64,000 nt of DNA from Acidimicrobiales bacterium (GCA_035265325.1 DATFOS010000177.1:14581-78580); one strand, 5' to 3'. Positions 43,931-53,507 are shown, counted from the stretch's first letter. Notes: a model not told the origin generated them from the letters alone. A program made the numbers and translations.

Positions 43931-44545
43931 ATGGCGCACCCCGCCTTCGACGCCATCGCCGAGGCCCGGCGGCTCTGGGCCCGGCACGAGCTGGACGAGC
44001 CGCTGGCGATGGCCGCGGCCACGTCGATCATGCGCGCCAACCAGCTCGTCACGATCGCCGTCGACCGGGCGCTGCGCCCGATCGGACTGACGTTCGCCCG
44101 CTACGAGGTGCTCATGCTGCTGCGCTTCGCCCGGTCCGGTGCGCTGCCGGTGACGAAGATGGGCGAGCGGCTGATGGTCCACCCCACGGGCATGACCAAG
44201 CTGGTGGACAAGCTCGAGCACGACGACCTGGTCCGGCGCGAGCCCAACCCGGAGGACCGGCGGGGCACCCTCGTCCGGCTCACCCCGGCAGGCCAGCGAC
44301 TCACCGACACCGCGACCAAGGCCGTCGGGGCCGTCCGCTTCGGTGCCGACCTGCCCGACGACGACCTCGAGGGCCTGGTCGAGCTGCTCCGCCGGCTCCG
44401 CATCGAGGCCGGCGACCTGGCGGCGGACGAGGCCGGTTCGCCCGCCGGCCCGCCCAGGGGCCCGCCCGCCGGCCCGCCGGTCGGTTCGGTCCCCCCGGAG
44501 AGGGCGGCCAGGCCGCCGGCCGTGCCGGGCGCCGGTACGCCGTGA
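43931..44545 (+). CDS. MarR family transcriptional regulator
   Basis: ATG at 43931. LTFARYEVLMLLRFARSGALPVTKMGERLMVHPTGMTKLVDKLEHDDLVRREPNPEDRRGTLVRLTPAG is a MarR wHTH. The C-terminal tail is Pro/Gly-rich. Confidence 0.85.
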   Translation: MAHPAFDAIAEARRLWARHELDEPLAMAAATSIMRANQLVTIAVDRALRPIGLTFARYEVLMLLRFARSGALPVTKMGERLMVHPTGMTKLVDKLEHDDLVRREPNPEDRRGTLVRLTPAGQRLTDTATKAVGAVRFGADLPDDDLEGLVELLRRLRIEAGDLAADEAGSPAGPPRGPPAGPPVGSVPPERAARPPAVPGAGTP

Positions 44546-44603
44546 CGCCGATCGCCGCACGGCGAGGAGGCGGGCAACCCGACGGCGTCCCGGCGCGCGC
44601 CGC

Positions 44604-44632
44604 GGGCCACCCCTCGTCCAGAGGGGTGGCCC
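44604..44632. terminator. perfect 11-bp stem-loop GGGCCACCCCT-cgtccag-AGGGGTGGCCC between convergent genes
   Basis: Read directly from the sequence. It lies between the MarR stop (44545) and the stop of the small minus-strand ORF (44655). Confidence 0.5.
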
Positions 44633-44654
44633 GGCGCAGGCGTCGACGGTGGGG

Positions 44655-44795
44655 TCAGGCGGGGTCGGGGTTGATGGCGAACTGGACCGTGGCGATGTCC
44701 GACGCCACGCCGAGCGCCCGCAGGTCCCGGCGGTCGACGTCGCCGTCGAGGTCGGCGTCCTCGACGACGTTGGGCGCGATCGAATGCTTGCGCAT
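44655..44795 (-). CDS. small acidic ORF (46 aa) with an EF-hand/dockerin-like D-x-D-x-DG-x-V-D-x-x-DL motif
   Basis: MRKHSIAPNVVEDADLDGDVDRRDLRALGVASDIATVQFAINPDPA. ATG at 44795 is preceded by AGGAG (44808-44804) with an 8-nt spacer. It is divergent from the ECF sigma gene. The rest of the 251-aa track ORF is shadow over the sigma gene. Confidence 0.4.
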   Translation of the reverse strand: MRKHSIAPNVVEDADLDGDVDRRDLRALGVASDIATVQFAINPDPA

Positions 44796-44882
44796 CGGAG
44801 TGGCTCCTGGTGTGTGTGAACTCTGTCCGTGCGGCCGTCTACGGGAGCCGGGCCCCTCCGGTTCTCGACTACTTTTCGCCGC

Positions 44883-45488
44883 GTGTTGACGGCGGGTGAC
44901 ATCGCTGGCTTCCGCGCCGGTGACGCCGACGCCGTGCGGGCCGTGTACCGGGAGTACGGCCGGCTCGTCTACGTCGTCGTCCTGCGGACGCTCGGGGACA
45001 AGCAATTGGCCGAGGAGGCCACCCAGCAGACGTTCGTGAAGGCGTGGCAGGCCGCGTCCAGCTTCGACCCCGCGCGCGAGATGGGCCCGTGGCTGGGCAC
45101 GATCGCCAAGCGGACCGCCATCGACCTGTACCGCCGCGAGTCCCGCCGGTCGGCGGCCGCCCTCGAGGACGTCCCGCCCGGGCACCCGGCCACGGTGGAG
45201 CACCCGCCGGGCATCGAGCAGGCGTTCGACGCGTGGGAGGTGCGCCGCGCCGTCGAGGACCTGCCGCCCGACGAGCGCGAGATCGTCCGCCTCCAGCACC
45301 TGGAGGGGCTCACCCACCAGGAGGTGGCCGGGCGCCTCGGCATCCCGGTCGGGACCGTGAAGTCGCGGTCGTTCCGCGCCCACAAACGCCTGGCCGGCCG
45401 CCTCGGGCACCTACGCGAGCCCACCGCCGACGGACCTGGAACCGGCAAGGGCCCTCCGCCGTATCCTGACCAGGAGGTGAGACCATGA
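44883..45488 (+). CDS. ECF (group 4) sigma-70 family RNA polymerase sigma factor
   Basis: Region 2: AVYREYGRLVYVVVLRTLGDKQLAEEATQQTFVKAWQAASSFDP...WLGTIAKRTAIDLYRRE. Region 4: LPPDEREIVRLQHLEGLTHQEVAGRLGIPVGTVKSRSFRAHKRL. GTG 44883 is preferred over the track start 44829. The stop overlaps the anti-sigma start (ATGA). Confidence 0.85.
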   Translation: MLTAGDIAGFRAGDADAVRAVYREYGRLVYVVVLRTLGDKQLAEEATQQTFVKAWQAASSFDPAREMGPWLGTIAKRTAIDLYRRESRRSAAALEDVPPGHPATVEHPPGIEQAFDAWEVRRAVEDLPPDEREIVRLQHLEGLTHQEVAGRLGIPVGTVKSRSFRAHKRLAGRLGHLREPTADGPGTGKGPPPYPDQEVRP

Positions 45489-46345
45489 GCAGCGACGACG
45501 ACCGCGTCGCCTACCTGGCGGGTGACGGGACGGAGGCCCCGTTCTTCCCCGAGGGCGCCGACGACCTCGACGAGCTGCGTGGCCTCCTGGCCGACGCGAC
45601 GCTGTGGGACGACCCACCGGCGAGCCTCGAGGACGACGTCGTCGCCGCCGTCACCGCGGCCGCCGCCGAGGCGCCCCCCGAACCGGGGACCGACGTCCCC
45701 TTCCCGCGCACCGACGAGTTGCCGGTCGTCCCCGACGCCCCGGCCCCCGGCACCGCGCCCCTTGCCGGGGCGGCCCCGGCGGGCCCGGCGGCCGCCCCCG
45801 GCGGGGACCGGCCGGCCACCGGAGCGGCCCCGGGGAGCGCGACCGCTGCCCCGGACACCGCCGGCGCCGGCCCGGCCTCCCTGGACGAGCGCCGGCGGCG
45901 GCGCCGGGCCTGGCCGGCCGCCCTTGCGTCCGCCGTCGCCGCGGCGGCGGCCGTGCTGATCGGCGTCGTGGTCGTGTCCGACACCGGGGGCGACGAGGGC
46001 CCCTCCGCCACGTTCGAGGCGGCGCTGGCAGCCACCGACCTGGCCCCCGGGGCCGGCGGCACGGTGAGCGCCGCCCGGTTCGACTCGGGCTGGCGGCTCG
46101 AGCTCGACGCCACCGGCCTCCCCCGCCTGGCCGACGGCGAGTTCTACGAGGCCTGGCTGCTCGGGCCGGGCGACGTGCTGGTCCCCGTGGGCACGTTCAA
46201 CGAGGGCGCCGACGTGGTCCTGTGGGCGGGTGTCTCCCCCGCCGACTTCACGGCCTTCACGGTCACCCGCGAGACCGCCGACGGCAACCAGGCCTCGTCC
46301 GGCCGGCGCGTCCTCTCCGGTCCCCTGGAACCGACCGACGGGTAG
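45485..46345 (+). CDS. anti-sigma factor with RskA-type extracytoplasmic C-terminal domain
   Basis: 286 aa. A cytoplasmic N-terminal region, a Pro/Ala linker, RRRRRAW followed by a TM (AALASAVAAAAAVLIGVVVV), then GEFYEAWLLGPGDVLVPVGTF...FTVTRE, typical of anti-sigma-K (RskA) C-terminal domains. Confidence 0.8.
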   Translation: MSSDDDRVAYLAGDGTEAPFFPEGADDLDELRGLLADATLWDDPPASLEDDVVAAVTAAAAEAPPEPGTDVPFPRTDELPVVPDAPAPGTAPLAGAAPAGPAAAPGGDRPATGAAPGSATAAPDTAGAGPASLDERRRRRRAWPAALASAVAAAAAVLIGVVVVSDTGGDEGPSATFEAALAATDLAPGAGGTVSAARFDSGWRLELDATGLPRLADGEFYEAWLLGPGDVLVPVGTFNEGADVVLWAGVSPADFTAFTVTRETADGNQASSGRRVLSGPLEPTDG

Positions 46346-46346
46346 A

Positions 46347-47270
46347 TCACCGCACGACGAGCGGCGACAGCGTGCGGTGAGCCACCTCGAGGCCCGCCTC
46401 GACCAGCGCCTCGGTGCCGCCCCACACGGGGTCCTCGTGCTCGACCGACAGCACGCCGTCGAAGCCGCCCTCGTACAGGGCGTCGACCAGCCGCACCCAG
46501 TCGACCTGGCCGAGCCCGGGGACCCGGTAGCGCCACCAGCCAACGTCCCACGGGTCCTCGCGCACCACCGCCTTGCCGAACGTGCCGTAGCGGTTGCGCT
46601 TCTCGGGGAACAGCTCGACGTCCTTGGCCTGGGCGTGCGGGATCCGGTCGACATAGGGCCGCACGGCCGCGACCGGGTCGATGCCGATCCACACCAGGTG
46701 GGAGGGGTCGAAGTTGAGGTACAGCCCCAGCTCGAACATCCACTCCCACAACTCGGGCGAGTAGGCGAGGTTGCCGGGGTAGCCGTCGGGGTGCCAGCCC
46801 TCCATCACGCAGTTCTCGACGATGACCTTCACGCCCCGCTCGCCGGCCCGGTCGACGATGGGCCGGAACACCTCCTCGGCCTGCGTCAGGTTCTCCCGGA
46901 CGGACAGGCCCGGGTGCCGGCCCACGAACGTGCCGACCGTGGGCACGCCGAGCTCGGCGGCGGCGTCGATGCAGGCGAGGACGTGGGCGTTGATCGCCTC
47001 GCGCTCCTCCGGGTCGGGGTGGAGGTTGTTGTCGTAGAACGCCAGCGACGACGCGATCAGCCCGTGCTTGTCGAACGTGGCGCGGAAGGCGTCGGCGCCC
47101 CCACCGGACGACAGCGCCGTGACGTCGACGTGCGTGGCGGTGAACGGGCGGTCGCCGAGGGCGGGCCAGGCGGCCACCTCGAGGGCGGCGTAGTCGTGGG
47201 CCGCCGCCCAGGCGGCGATGTCGTCGAGCGAGCGCTTCGGCAGGCAGGCGGTCAGGAACCCGAGCTTCAC
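46347..47270 (-). CDS. sugar phosphate isomerase/epimerase (xylose-isomerase-like TIM barrel)
   Basis: 307 aa: MKLGFLTACLP..., VPTVGTFVG, VKVIVENCV, NFDPSHLVW, LSVEHED, the AP_endonuc_2/TIM pattern. Confidence 0.9.
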   Translation of the reverse strand: MKLGFLTACLPKRSLDDIAAWAAAHDYAALEVAAWPALGDRPFTATHVDVTALSSGGGADAFRATFDKHGLIASSLAFYDNNLHPDPEEREAINAHVLACIDAAAELGVPTVGTFVGRHPGLSVRENLTQAEEVFRPIVDRAGERGVKVIVENCVMEGWHPDGYPGNLAYSPELWEWMFELGLYLNFDPSHLVWIGIDPVAAVRPYVDRIPHAQAKDVELFPEKRNRYGTFGKAVVREDPWDVGWWRYRVPGLGQVDWVRLVDALYEGGFDGVLSVEHEDPVWGGTEALVEAGLEVAHRTLSPLVVR

Positions 47271-48412
47271 GGCGGCACCTCGATCCAGGAGAGGGAACGG
47301 GCCGACGCCAGCACGGCGTCGGTGATGGTGGCGGCCCGTACGCCGTCACCGACCAGGGGCAGGCCCTCGGGCGCCACCCCGGACACGGCGGCGTAGGCGT
47401 CCGCCACGAACAGGTCGAAACAGTCGTGGTAACCCTGGCCGTGGCCCGCCGGCAGCGTGGCCAGGCGGGCGGCGTCCGGGGCCAGGTGGGCGGCGTCGCG
47501 GGGCACGAGCGTGGCGCCCTCGCGCCGGCCGACCCAGAGCAGCTCGGGCCGCTCCTGGTCGAAGGCGAGCGCGGCCTCGGTCCCGTCGAGCTCGAAGGCC
47601 AGGTGGTTCTTCCGCCCCGCCGACACCTGCGAGACGACGACCGACCCGCTCCCCCCGGCATCCGTCTCGAACAGGACCAGGGCGACGTCCTCGGTGGCGA
47701 CGTCCTCGGTGGCCACGGCGCCGGCGGCCCCGGCGGCCGCGAACGTGGGCCGGTCGCCGGTCGCCCGGGAGCTGACCGTCGTGGCCGTGTGGGCCAGCAG
47801 GCGGGTGATGCGGGCGCCGGAGGTGAACTCGACGAGGTCGCACCAGTGCGAACCGATGTCGGCGAAGGCCCGGGAGGCGCCGCCCAGGCCGGGCTCGACG
47901 CGCCAGTTGGTGTCGTCGGCGCCGAGCAGCCAGTCCTGCAGGTACGTACCGTGGAGGACCCGGACGGGCCCGAGCTCGCCGGCCGCCACCCGGGCGCGGG
48001 CCTCCCGCACCAGCGGGTGGAACCGGTACACGAACGGGACGGCGACGACCCGGCCCGCGTCGGCGGCGGCCGCAGCGATGCGCCGGGCGCCGTCGCCGTC
48101 GAGCGCCACTGGCTTCTCGCACACCACGTGCTTCCCGGCGGCGAGGGCGGCGAGGGCGAGCGGTTCGTGCAAGTGGTTGGGGGTGCAGAGATGCACGACG
48201 TCGATGCCGTCGGCCGTCACCAGTTCGTCGGCCGAGGCGAAGGCGCGCGCCGCCCCGAGCTCGGCGGCGGCCCGCTCGGCGGACTCGGGCGACGACGCCG
48301 CCACGCCCGCCAGCTCCGCCCCGGCCAGGCGGGCCGACCGGGCGTGGACCCTCCCGATGAAGCCCGTGCCGGCGACGGCGATGCGCAACCCCATGTCGGG
48401 CACCGTATGCAC
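47267..48412 (-). CDS. Gfo/Idh/MocA family NAD(P)-dependent oxidoreductase
   Basis: 381 aa. RIAVAGTGFIGRVHARS Rossmann, VHLCTPNHLHEPLALAALAAGKHVVCEKP. An alternative ATG at 48394 is possible. The stop overlaps the isomerase start. Confidence 0.9.
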   Translation of the reverse strand: MHTVPDMGLRIAVAGTGFIGRVHARSARLAGAELAGVAASSPESAERAAAELGAARAFASADELVTADGIDVVHLCTPNHLHEPLALAALAAGKHVVCEKPVALDGDGARRIAAAAADAGRVVAVPFVYRFHPLVREARARVAAGELGPVRVLHGTYLQDWLLGADDTNWRVEPGLGGASRAFADIGSHWCDLVEFTSGARITRLLAHTATTVSSRATGDRPTFAAAGAAGAVATEDVATEDVALVLFETDAGGSGSVVVSQVSAGRKNHLAFELDGTEAALAFDQERPELLWVGRREGATLVPRDAAHLAPDAARLATLPAGHGQGYHDCFDLFVADAYAAVSGVAPEGLPLVGDGVRAATITDAVLASARSLSWIEVPP

Positions 48413-48433
48413 GGCTTAGGTCGGATGACAAGC

Positions 48434-48449
48434 AAAGATCTTCATCTTT
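48434..48449. promoter_or_regulatory. inverted repeat AAAGAT-cttc-ATCTTT in the AT-richer divergent region; candidate ROK-regulator operator
   Basis: Read directly from the sequence. It lies between the Gfo/Idh/MocA gene (minus) and the ROK regulator gene (plus). Confidence 0.35.
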
Positions 48450-48490
48450 CGTCGTTGACCGAACAAAGCCTGCCGTGTTACGACCGTCGC

Positions 48491-49735
48491 ATGCCGGCCG
48501 GGCCGACACCACATCGCCATGCCGCCGCCAGCCGGGCGTCCACGCCCCATGCGGTGACGCCCGGTGCGCTGTTCCAGCTCGTCCGGGACGGGCACGCCGA
48601 CTCGCGGGCCGGCCTGGCGCGGGCCACCGGCCTGGCCCGGTCGACGGTGTCCCAGCGGGTCGACGAGCTTCTCCTCGCCGGCCTCCTCGTCGAACGCGGC
48701 GACGGCCCCTCGACCGGCGGTCGCCCGCCCACCCGCCTGGCGTTCGACAGCCACGGCGGGGTCGTCCTCTGCGCCGACCTGGGCGCCACCCACTGCCGGC
48801 TGGCGGTGAGCGACCTCGACGCGTCGATCCTGGCCGAGCGCCCCGACGAGATGGACATCGCCAACGGGCCGGACGTGGTCCTGCCCTGGGCCCAGGAACG
48901 CTTCGCCGACCTGCTCCACGAGGTCGGCCGCAGCCCGGCCGAGGTGCGGGGCATCGGCGTCGGCCTCCCCGGGCCGGTGGAGTTCGCCGCCGGCCGGGCC
49001 GTGAACCCGCCGATCATGCCGGGGTGGGACGGGGTCTCGGTCCCCGAGGCGTTCGCCGCCCGCTACCCGGGCGTGCCGGTCCTGGTCGACAACGACGTGA
49101 ACGTCATGGCCATCGGCGAGTACTGGACGAGCTGGCGCCACGACGTCGACGACCTGCTGTTCGTGAAGGTCGCCACCGGCATCGGCTGCGGCATCGTCAG
49201 CCGGGGCGCCCTCCACCGGGGCGCCGACGGCACGGCCGGCGACCTCGGCCACGTCCAGGTCCCCGACGCCGGCGACGCCCTGTGCCGCTGCGGCAACCGG
49301 GGCTGCGTCGAAGCCGTGGCCAGCGGCGGTGCCCTCGCCCGCCGGCTCACCGCGGCCGGCATCGACGCCCACGACAGCCGCGACGTCGTCGCCCTGGTCC
49401 GGGCGGGCAACGTCGAGGCGTCCACGCTGGTCCGCCAGGCCGGGCGGCTGGTCGGTGAGGTGCTGGCCGGGGCCGTCAACTTCTTCAACCCGGCGGTGAT
49501 CGTCCTCGGGGGCGACCTCGCCCACGCCCACGAGCAGTTCTTCGCCGGCGTGCGCGAGATCGTCTACCGGCGCTCGACGGCGCTGGCCACCCAGCACCTC
49601 CAGGTCGCCCGCAGCCGGCTCGACGACCGCGCCGGGGTCATCGGCTGCGCCGTGACCGTCATCGAGGATGTCCTCTCCCCCGCCGCCATCGACGCGGGCC
49701 TCGCCGCCCACGCCGCCCAGGAGGCCACGGCATGA
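48491..49735 (+). CDS. ROK family transcriptional regulator
   Basis: ATG at 48491. wHTH LVRDGHADSRAGLARATGLARSTVSQRVDELLLAGLL. ROK sugar-kinase fold GIGVGLPGPV, and the zinc motif GHVQVPDAGDALCRCGNRGCVEA. Confidence 0.9.
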   Translation: MPAGPTPHRHAAASRASTPHAVTPGALFQLVRDGHADSRAGLARATGLARSTVSQRVDELLLAGLLVERGDGPSTGGRPPTRLAFDSHGGVVLCADLGATHCRLAVSDLDASILAERPDEMDIANGPDVVLPWAQERFADLLHEVGRSPAEVRGIGVGLPGPVEFAAGRAVNPPIMPGWDGVSVPEAFAARYPGVPVLVDNDVNVMAIGEYWTSWRHDVDDLLFVKVATGIGCGIVSRGALHRGADGTAGDLGHVQVPDAGDALCRCGNRGCVEAVASGGALARRLTAAGIDAHDSRDVVALVRAGNVEASTLVRQAGRLVGEVLAGAVNFFNPAVIVLGGDLAHAHEQFFAGVREIVYRRSTALATQHLQVARSRLDDRAGVIGCAVTVIEDVLSPAAIDAGLAAHAAQEATA

Positions 49736-51366
49736 CGCTGATCGACGCCCCCCGCCTGTCGGTACGGGGCCTGGTCAAGGAGTACCCGGGCGTCCGGGCG
49801 CTCGGCGGGGTCGACCTCGACGTCGCCGCCGGGCAGGTCCACTGCATCGTCGGGCAGAACGGCGCCGGGAAGTCAACGCTGATCCGCTGCGTGGCCGGCC
49901 TCGTCACCCCGAGTGCCGGGACCGTGGCCGTGGACGGCACGCCGCTGCCGCACGGTGACCCGTCCGCCGCCCTGGCCGCCGGCGTCGCCACCATCTACCA
50001 GGAGCTCGACCTCGTCGCCGACCTGGCGGTGGCCGACAACCTGTTCCTGGGCCACGAGCTGCGGCGGGGCCCGCTGATCGATCGCCGCCGGTCGTTCGCC
50101 TCGGCGACGGCCCTGCTCGAGCGGCTGGGCCACGCCGACATCGACGTCCGGGCCCTGGCGGGGACGCTCTCGCCCGCCGCCCAGCAGATCGTGTCGATCG
50201 GGCGGGCGCTGTCGCGGGAGGCCCGGGTCCTCGTCATGGACGAGCCCTCCGCCGTGCTGGACGGGCCGGAGGTCGAGGCGATGTTCGCCGTGGTCCGCCG
50301 CCTCGCCGCCGAGGGCGTCGGCATCGTCTACATCTCCCACCGGCTGGAGGAGGTCGCCGCCATCGGCGACACGATCACGGTCCTGCGCGACGGCGAGACG
50401 GTCGCCAGCGGCCTGCCGCCCGACACCCCGCGGGACGACCTGGTCGCCGCCATGGTGGGCCGCCGCCTCGGCGAGCTGTTCCCCGACCGGCCCGACGGCG
50501 ACGGCGACGGCGCCGGTGCCGAGCCGGGGCCGGTCGTGCTCCGGGCCGAGGGCCTGAGCCGCCAGCCCGCCGGCGGGGGCGCCGAGGGCGTCCCGGTCCA
50601 CGACGTGTCGTTCGACGTCCGGCGTGGCGAGGTCGTCGGCCTCGGGGGGCTCGTCGGCGCCGGCCGGACCGAGGTCCTCCGCCTCATCGCCGGGGTCGAC
50701 CGGCCCGACGCCGGGACCGTCACGGTCGAGGAGCGCCGGCTGCCGCCCGGGCGCCCCGACGTCGCCATCCGCGCCGGCGTCGGCCTCGCCCCCGAGGAAC
50801 GCAAGAGCCAGGGCCTGTGGCCGGGGTGGGACCTCGTCCGCAACGTGACGGTCGCCGACCTGCGCCGGTTCCGCCGGCGGGCGCTGCTCGACCGCCGGTC
50901 CGAGCGCCAGGCAGCGGCCACCCAGCTGCGCGAGCTGGGCACCGTGCCCGACGACCCGACCCGGCTGGCCGGCGAGCTGTCGGGCGGCAACCAGCAAAAG
51001 GTCGTGCTGGCCCGCTGGCTGCTCCACGACTGCACGGTCCTCCTCCTCGACGAGCCCACCCGGGGCGTCGACGTGGGGGCCAAGGCCGACGCCTACCGGG
51101 CGATCCGCACGCTGGCGGCGTCCGGCCTGGCCGTCGTGATGGTGAGCAGCGAGCTGGCCGAGCTGGTGGCGCTGTGCGACCGCATCGTCGTCATGGCCGA
51201 CGGCCGGGTCACCGCCATCCTCGACGGCCCCACGTCCACCGAGGCCGACATCCTCGCCCATGCCCTGCCGTCCGCCGGCGCCGCGCCCGCAGGCGCGGCC
51301 ACCGACGGCGGCGCACCCGACCGCCCGGAGCCCGACCCCGACCGCACGGAGGCCGCCGCCCCATGA
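49732..51366 (+). CDS. sugar (ribose/CUT2-type) ABC transporter ATP-binding protein, duplicated NBD
   Basis: 544 aa. NBD1 GQNGAGKST / VLVMDEPSA. NBD2 GLVGAGRTE / LSGGNQQKVVLARWL / LLLDEPTRGVD. The start overlaps the ROK stop (ATGA). Confidence 0.93.
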   Translation: MTLIDAPRLSVRGLVKEYPGVRALGGVDLDVAAGQVHCIVGQNGAGKSTLIRCVAGLVTPSAGTVAVDGTPLPHGDPSAALAAGVATIYQELDLVADLAVADNLFLGHELRRGPLIDRRRSFASATALLERLGHADIDVRALAGTLSPAAQQIVSIGRALSREARVLVMDEPSAVLDGPEVEAMFAVVRRLAAEGVGIVYISHRLEEVAAIGDTITVLRDGETVASGLPPDTPRDDLVAAMVGRRLGELFPDRPDGDGDGAGAEPGPVVLRAEGLSRQPAGGGAEGVPVHDVSFDVRRGEVVGLGGLVGAGRTEVLRLIAGVDRPDAGTVTVEERRLPPGRPDVAIRAGVGLAPEERKSQGLWPGWDLVRNVTVADLRRFRRRALLDRRSERQAAATQLRELGTVPDDPTRLAGELSGGNQQKVVLARWLLHDCTVLLLDEPTRGVDVGAKADAYRAIRTLAASGLAVVMVSSELAELVALCDRIVVMADGRVTAILDGPTSTEADILAHALPSAGAAPAGAATDGGAPDRPEPDPDRTEAAAP

Positions 51367-52346
51367 CCGTCACCCCCGCCACGCTGGGACCGGACGCCCC
51401 GGTGGCGCCCGTCACCCGTGCCCGGCGCCGGGTCCGCCTCCAGGAGGCGGCCCTCCCGGTCGTCGTCCTCGCGCTGATCATCGCCGGGGCCATCGCCGAC
51501 CGCGAGGCCTTCCTCACCCGCGACAACCTCCTCACAGTCCTCACCCAGGCCAGCGTGGTCGGGGTCGTTGCCGTGGGCATGACGTTCGTCATCGCCACCG
51601 GCGGCATCGACCTGTCGGTGGGCTCCATGCTCGCCGCCGCCTCGATCGCCGGCGGGCTGGTCGGCGAGGAGCAATCGCTGCCCTTCATGCTGGGCGCCCT
51701 CGGGTTCGGCCTGCTGCTGGGCCTGATCAACGGCCTGGCGATCAGCTACCTGCGGATCGTCCCGTTCATCGCCACGCTGGCCATGTTCGCCGGCGCCCGC
51801 GGCCTCGCCATCTGGATGAGCGACCGCACGCCGATCAGCCTCCGCCAGCTCGACATCGTTCGGGACATCGGCCGGGGCGAGCTCGTCGGCCCCATCCCGA
51901 ACGCCGCTCTGGTGTTCCTCGCCGTGACCGCCGGCGGGTGGGTCCTGCTGAACCGGACCCGCTACGGGCGCCACGTCGTTGCCATCGGGGGCAACCGCGA
52001 GGCGGCCCGCATGGCCGGGATCCGACCCGGGCCGATCGTGACCAGCGTCTACGTGCTCTCGGGCCTGTGCGTCGGCATCTCGGCGATCCTGCTCAGCGGC
52101 CGGCTGGGCAGCGCCTCGCCGGTGTCCGGCAACCTCCTCGAGCTCGATGCCATCGCCGCCGTCGTCATCGGCGGCACGAGCCTCGCCGGGGGACGGGCCA
52201 CCGTGACCGGCACCTTCCTCGGCGTCATCACGTTCGGGCTCGTGTTCAACCTGCTGAACATCCTCGACATGCCCGCCGAGCTCCAGCAGCTCAGCAAGGG
52301 CGTGATCATCCTCGCCGCTGCTGCCCTGCAGCGGCGCGACACCTGA
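51363..52346 (+). CDS. sugar ABC transporter permease (RbsC/CUT2-type)
   Basis: The ATG at 51363 overlaps the upstream stop. GVVAVGMTFVIATGGIDLSVGS, RYGRHVVAIGGNREAARMAGI, IGGTSLAGGRATVTGTFLG. Confidence 0.92.
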   Translation: MTVTPATLGPDAPVAPVTRARRRVRLQEAALPVVVLALIIAGAIADREAFLTRDNLLTVLTQASVVGVVAVGMTFVIATGGIDLSVGSMLAAASIAGGLVGEEQSLPFMLGALGFGLLLGLINGLAISYLRIVPFIATLAMFAGARGLAIWMSDRTPISLRQLDIVRDIGRGELVGPIPNAALVFLAVTAGGWVLLNRTRYGRHVVAIGGNREAARMAGIRPGPIVTSVYVLSGLCVGISAILLSGRLGSASPVSGNLLELDAIAAVVIGGTSLAGGRATVTGTFLGVITFGLVFNLLNILDMPAELQQLSKGVIILAAAALQRRDT

Positions 52347-52393
52347 CCGGCGACCGGACCGCCGGGCGCGTCAACCCACCGGAGGGGGACGGA

Positions 52394-53440
52394 ATGACCA
52401 AGACACGATGGATGCGCTTCGCCGGCATGGCCACGGCCACGATGCTGGTACTCGGAGCCTGTGAGAGCGGAGGTGACGACGAGTCGTCCGACGACGAATC
52501 CACGGCCGACACCGCGGCCGTGGAGGGAGAAGGGGTGGTCGAGTCGGGCGAGACGATCCGCATCGCCTTCAGCGCCCCGGGCGCCGACCACGGCTGGCTG
52601 GCGGCGATCACCGCCAACGCCGAGGAGGAGGCGGAGCGCTACGACGACGTGGAGTTCGTCCTGCTGGAGGGCACCAACGACTCGGCGGCGCAGGTGTCGC
52701 AGGTCGAGCAGCTCATCGCCGAGGACCCCGACGTCCTCATCATCCTCCCGCACGAGGGCGAGCCGCTGACCCCGGTGGCCCTCGAGGCGATGGAGGCCGG
52801 GATCCCCGTGGTGAACGTCGACCGCGAGTTCTCGACCGAGGGCGCCTACCGGACCTGGATCGGCGGCGACAACTACGGCATCGGCGTCTCGGCGGCCAAC
52901 TACCTCGCCGAGCAGCTCGACTGCCAGGGCAACGTGGCCGAGATCCAGGGCGTGGCCGGCATCTCGGTGACCGAGCAGCGCAGCGCCGGCTTCGCCGACA
53001 CGGTCGAGCAGCTGTGCGGCGACGGCATCCGCATCGTCGCCCAGCAGCCCGCCGACTTCCTGCCCGACCGCGGGCTCGAGGTCATGGAGACGATCCTGCA
53101 GGCGGAGCCCGACCTCGACGCCGTGTACACCCACGACGACGACATGGCCATGGGCGTCGTCTCGGCCATCGAGAACGCCGGCCGCGAGGACGAGATGATC
53201 CTCACCGGGGCCGGCGGCTCGCGGGAGGCCATGGAGATGATCCAGGACGGCGGCCTCTACTCGGCCACCTTCCTGTACAACCCGTCGATGTCGGCCTCGG
53301 CCGTCCGCGTCGCCCGCCTCATCGCCCTGGGTCAGGGCTTCGAGGAGCTGGTCGAGCCGGGCGTCCCCAGCCGCATCGAGCTGCCCGCCAGCACGGTCAC
53401 GGCCGACAACGTCGACGACTACCTCGACCTGGCCTTCTAG
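52394..53440 (+). CDS. sugar ABC transporter substrate-binding lipoprotein (RbsB-like, type I PBP)
   Basis: ATG at 52394 (GGAGGGGGA SD). Lipobox MLVLGAC, an acidic linker, IRIAFSAPGADHGW, IPVVNVDRE, and GDNYGIGVSAANYL. Confidence 0.9.
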   Translation: MTKTRWMRFAGMATATMLVLGACESGGDDESSDDESTADTAAVEGEGVVESGETIRIAFSAPGADHGWLAAITANAEEEAERYDDVEFVLLEGTNDSAAQVSQVEQLIAEDPDVLIILPHEGEPLTPVALEAMEAGIPVVNVDREFSTEGAYRTWIGGDNYGIGVSAANYLAEQLDCQGNVAEIQGVAGISVTEQRSAGFADTVEQLCGDGIRIVAQQPADFLPDRGLEVMETILQAEPDLDAVYTHDDDMAMGVVSAIENAGREDEMILTGAGGSREAMEMIQDGGLYSATFLYNPSMSASAVRVARLIALGQGFEELVEPGVPSRIELPASTVTADNVDDYLDLAF

Positions 53441-53475
53441 GCCCACCTGACCGGGGCGCCCGCGCCCCACCCCGT

Positions 53476-53507
53476 CCGCCGCCCCCGGTCCCGCCCGGGG
53501 GCGGCGG
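53476..53507. terminator. perfect 13-bp GC stem-loop CCGCCGCCCCCGG-tcccgc-CCGGGGGCGGCGG between convergent units
   Basis: Read directly from the sequence. It lies between the sugar SBP stop (53440) and the stop of the 124-aa ORF (53546). Confidence 0.55.
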
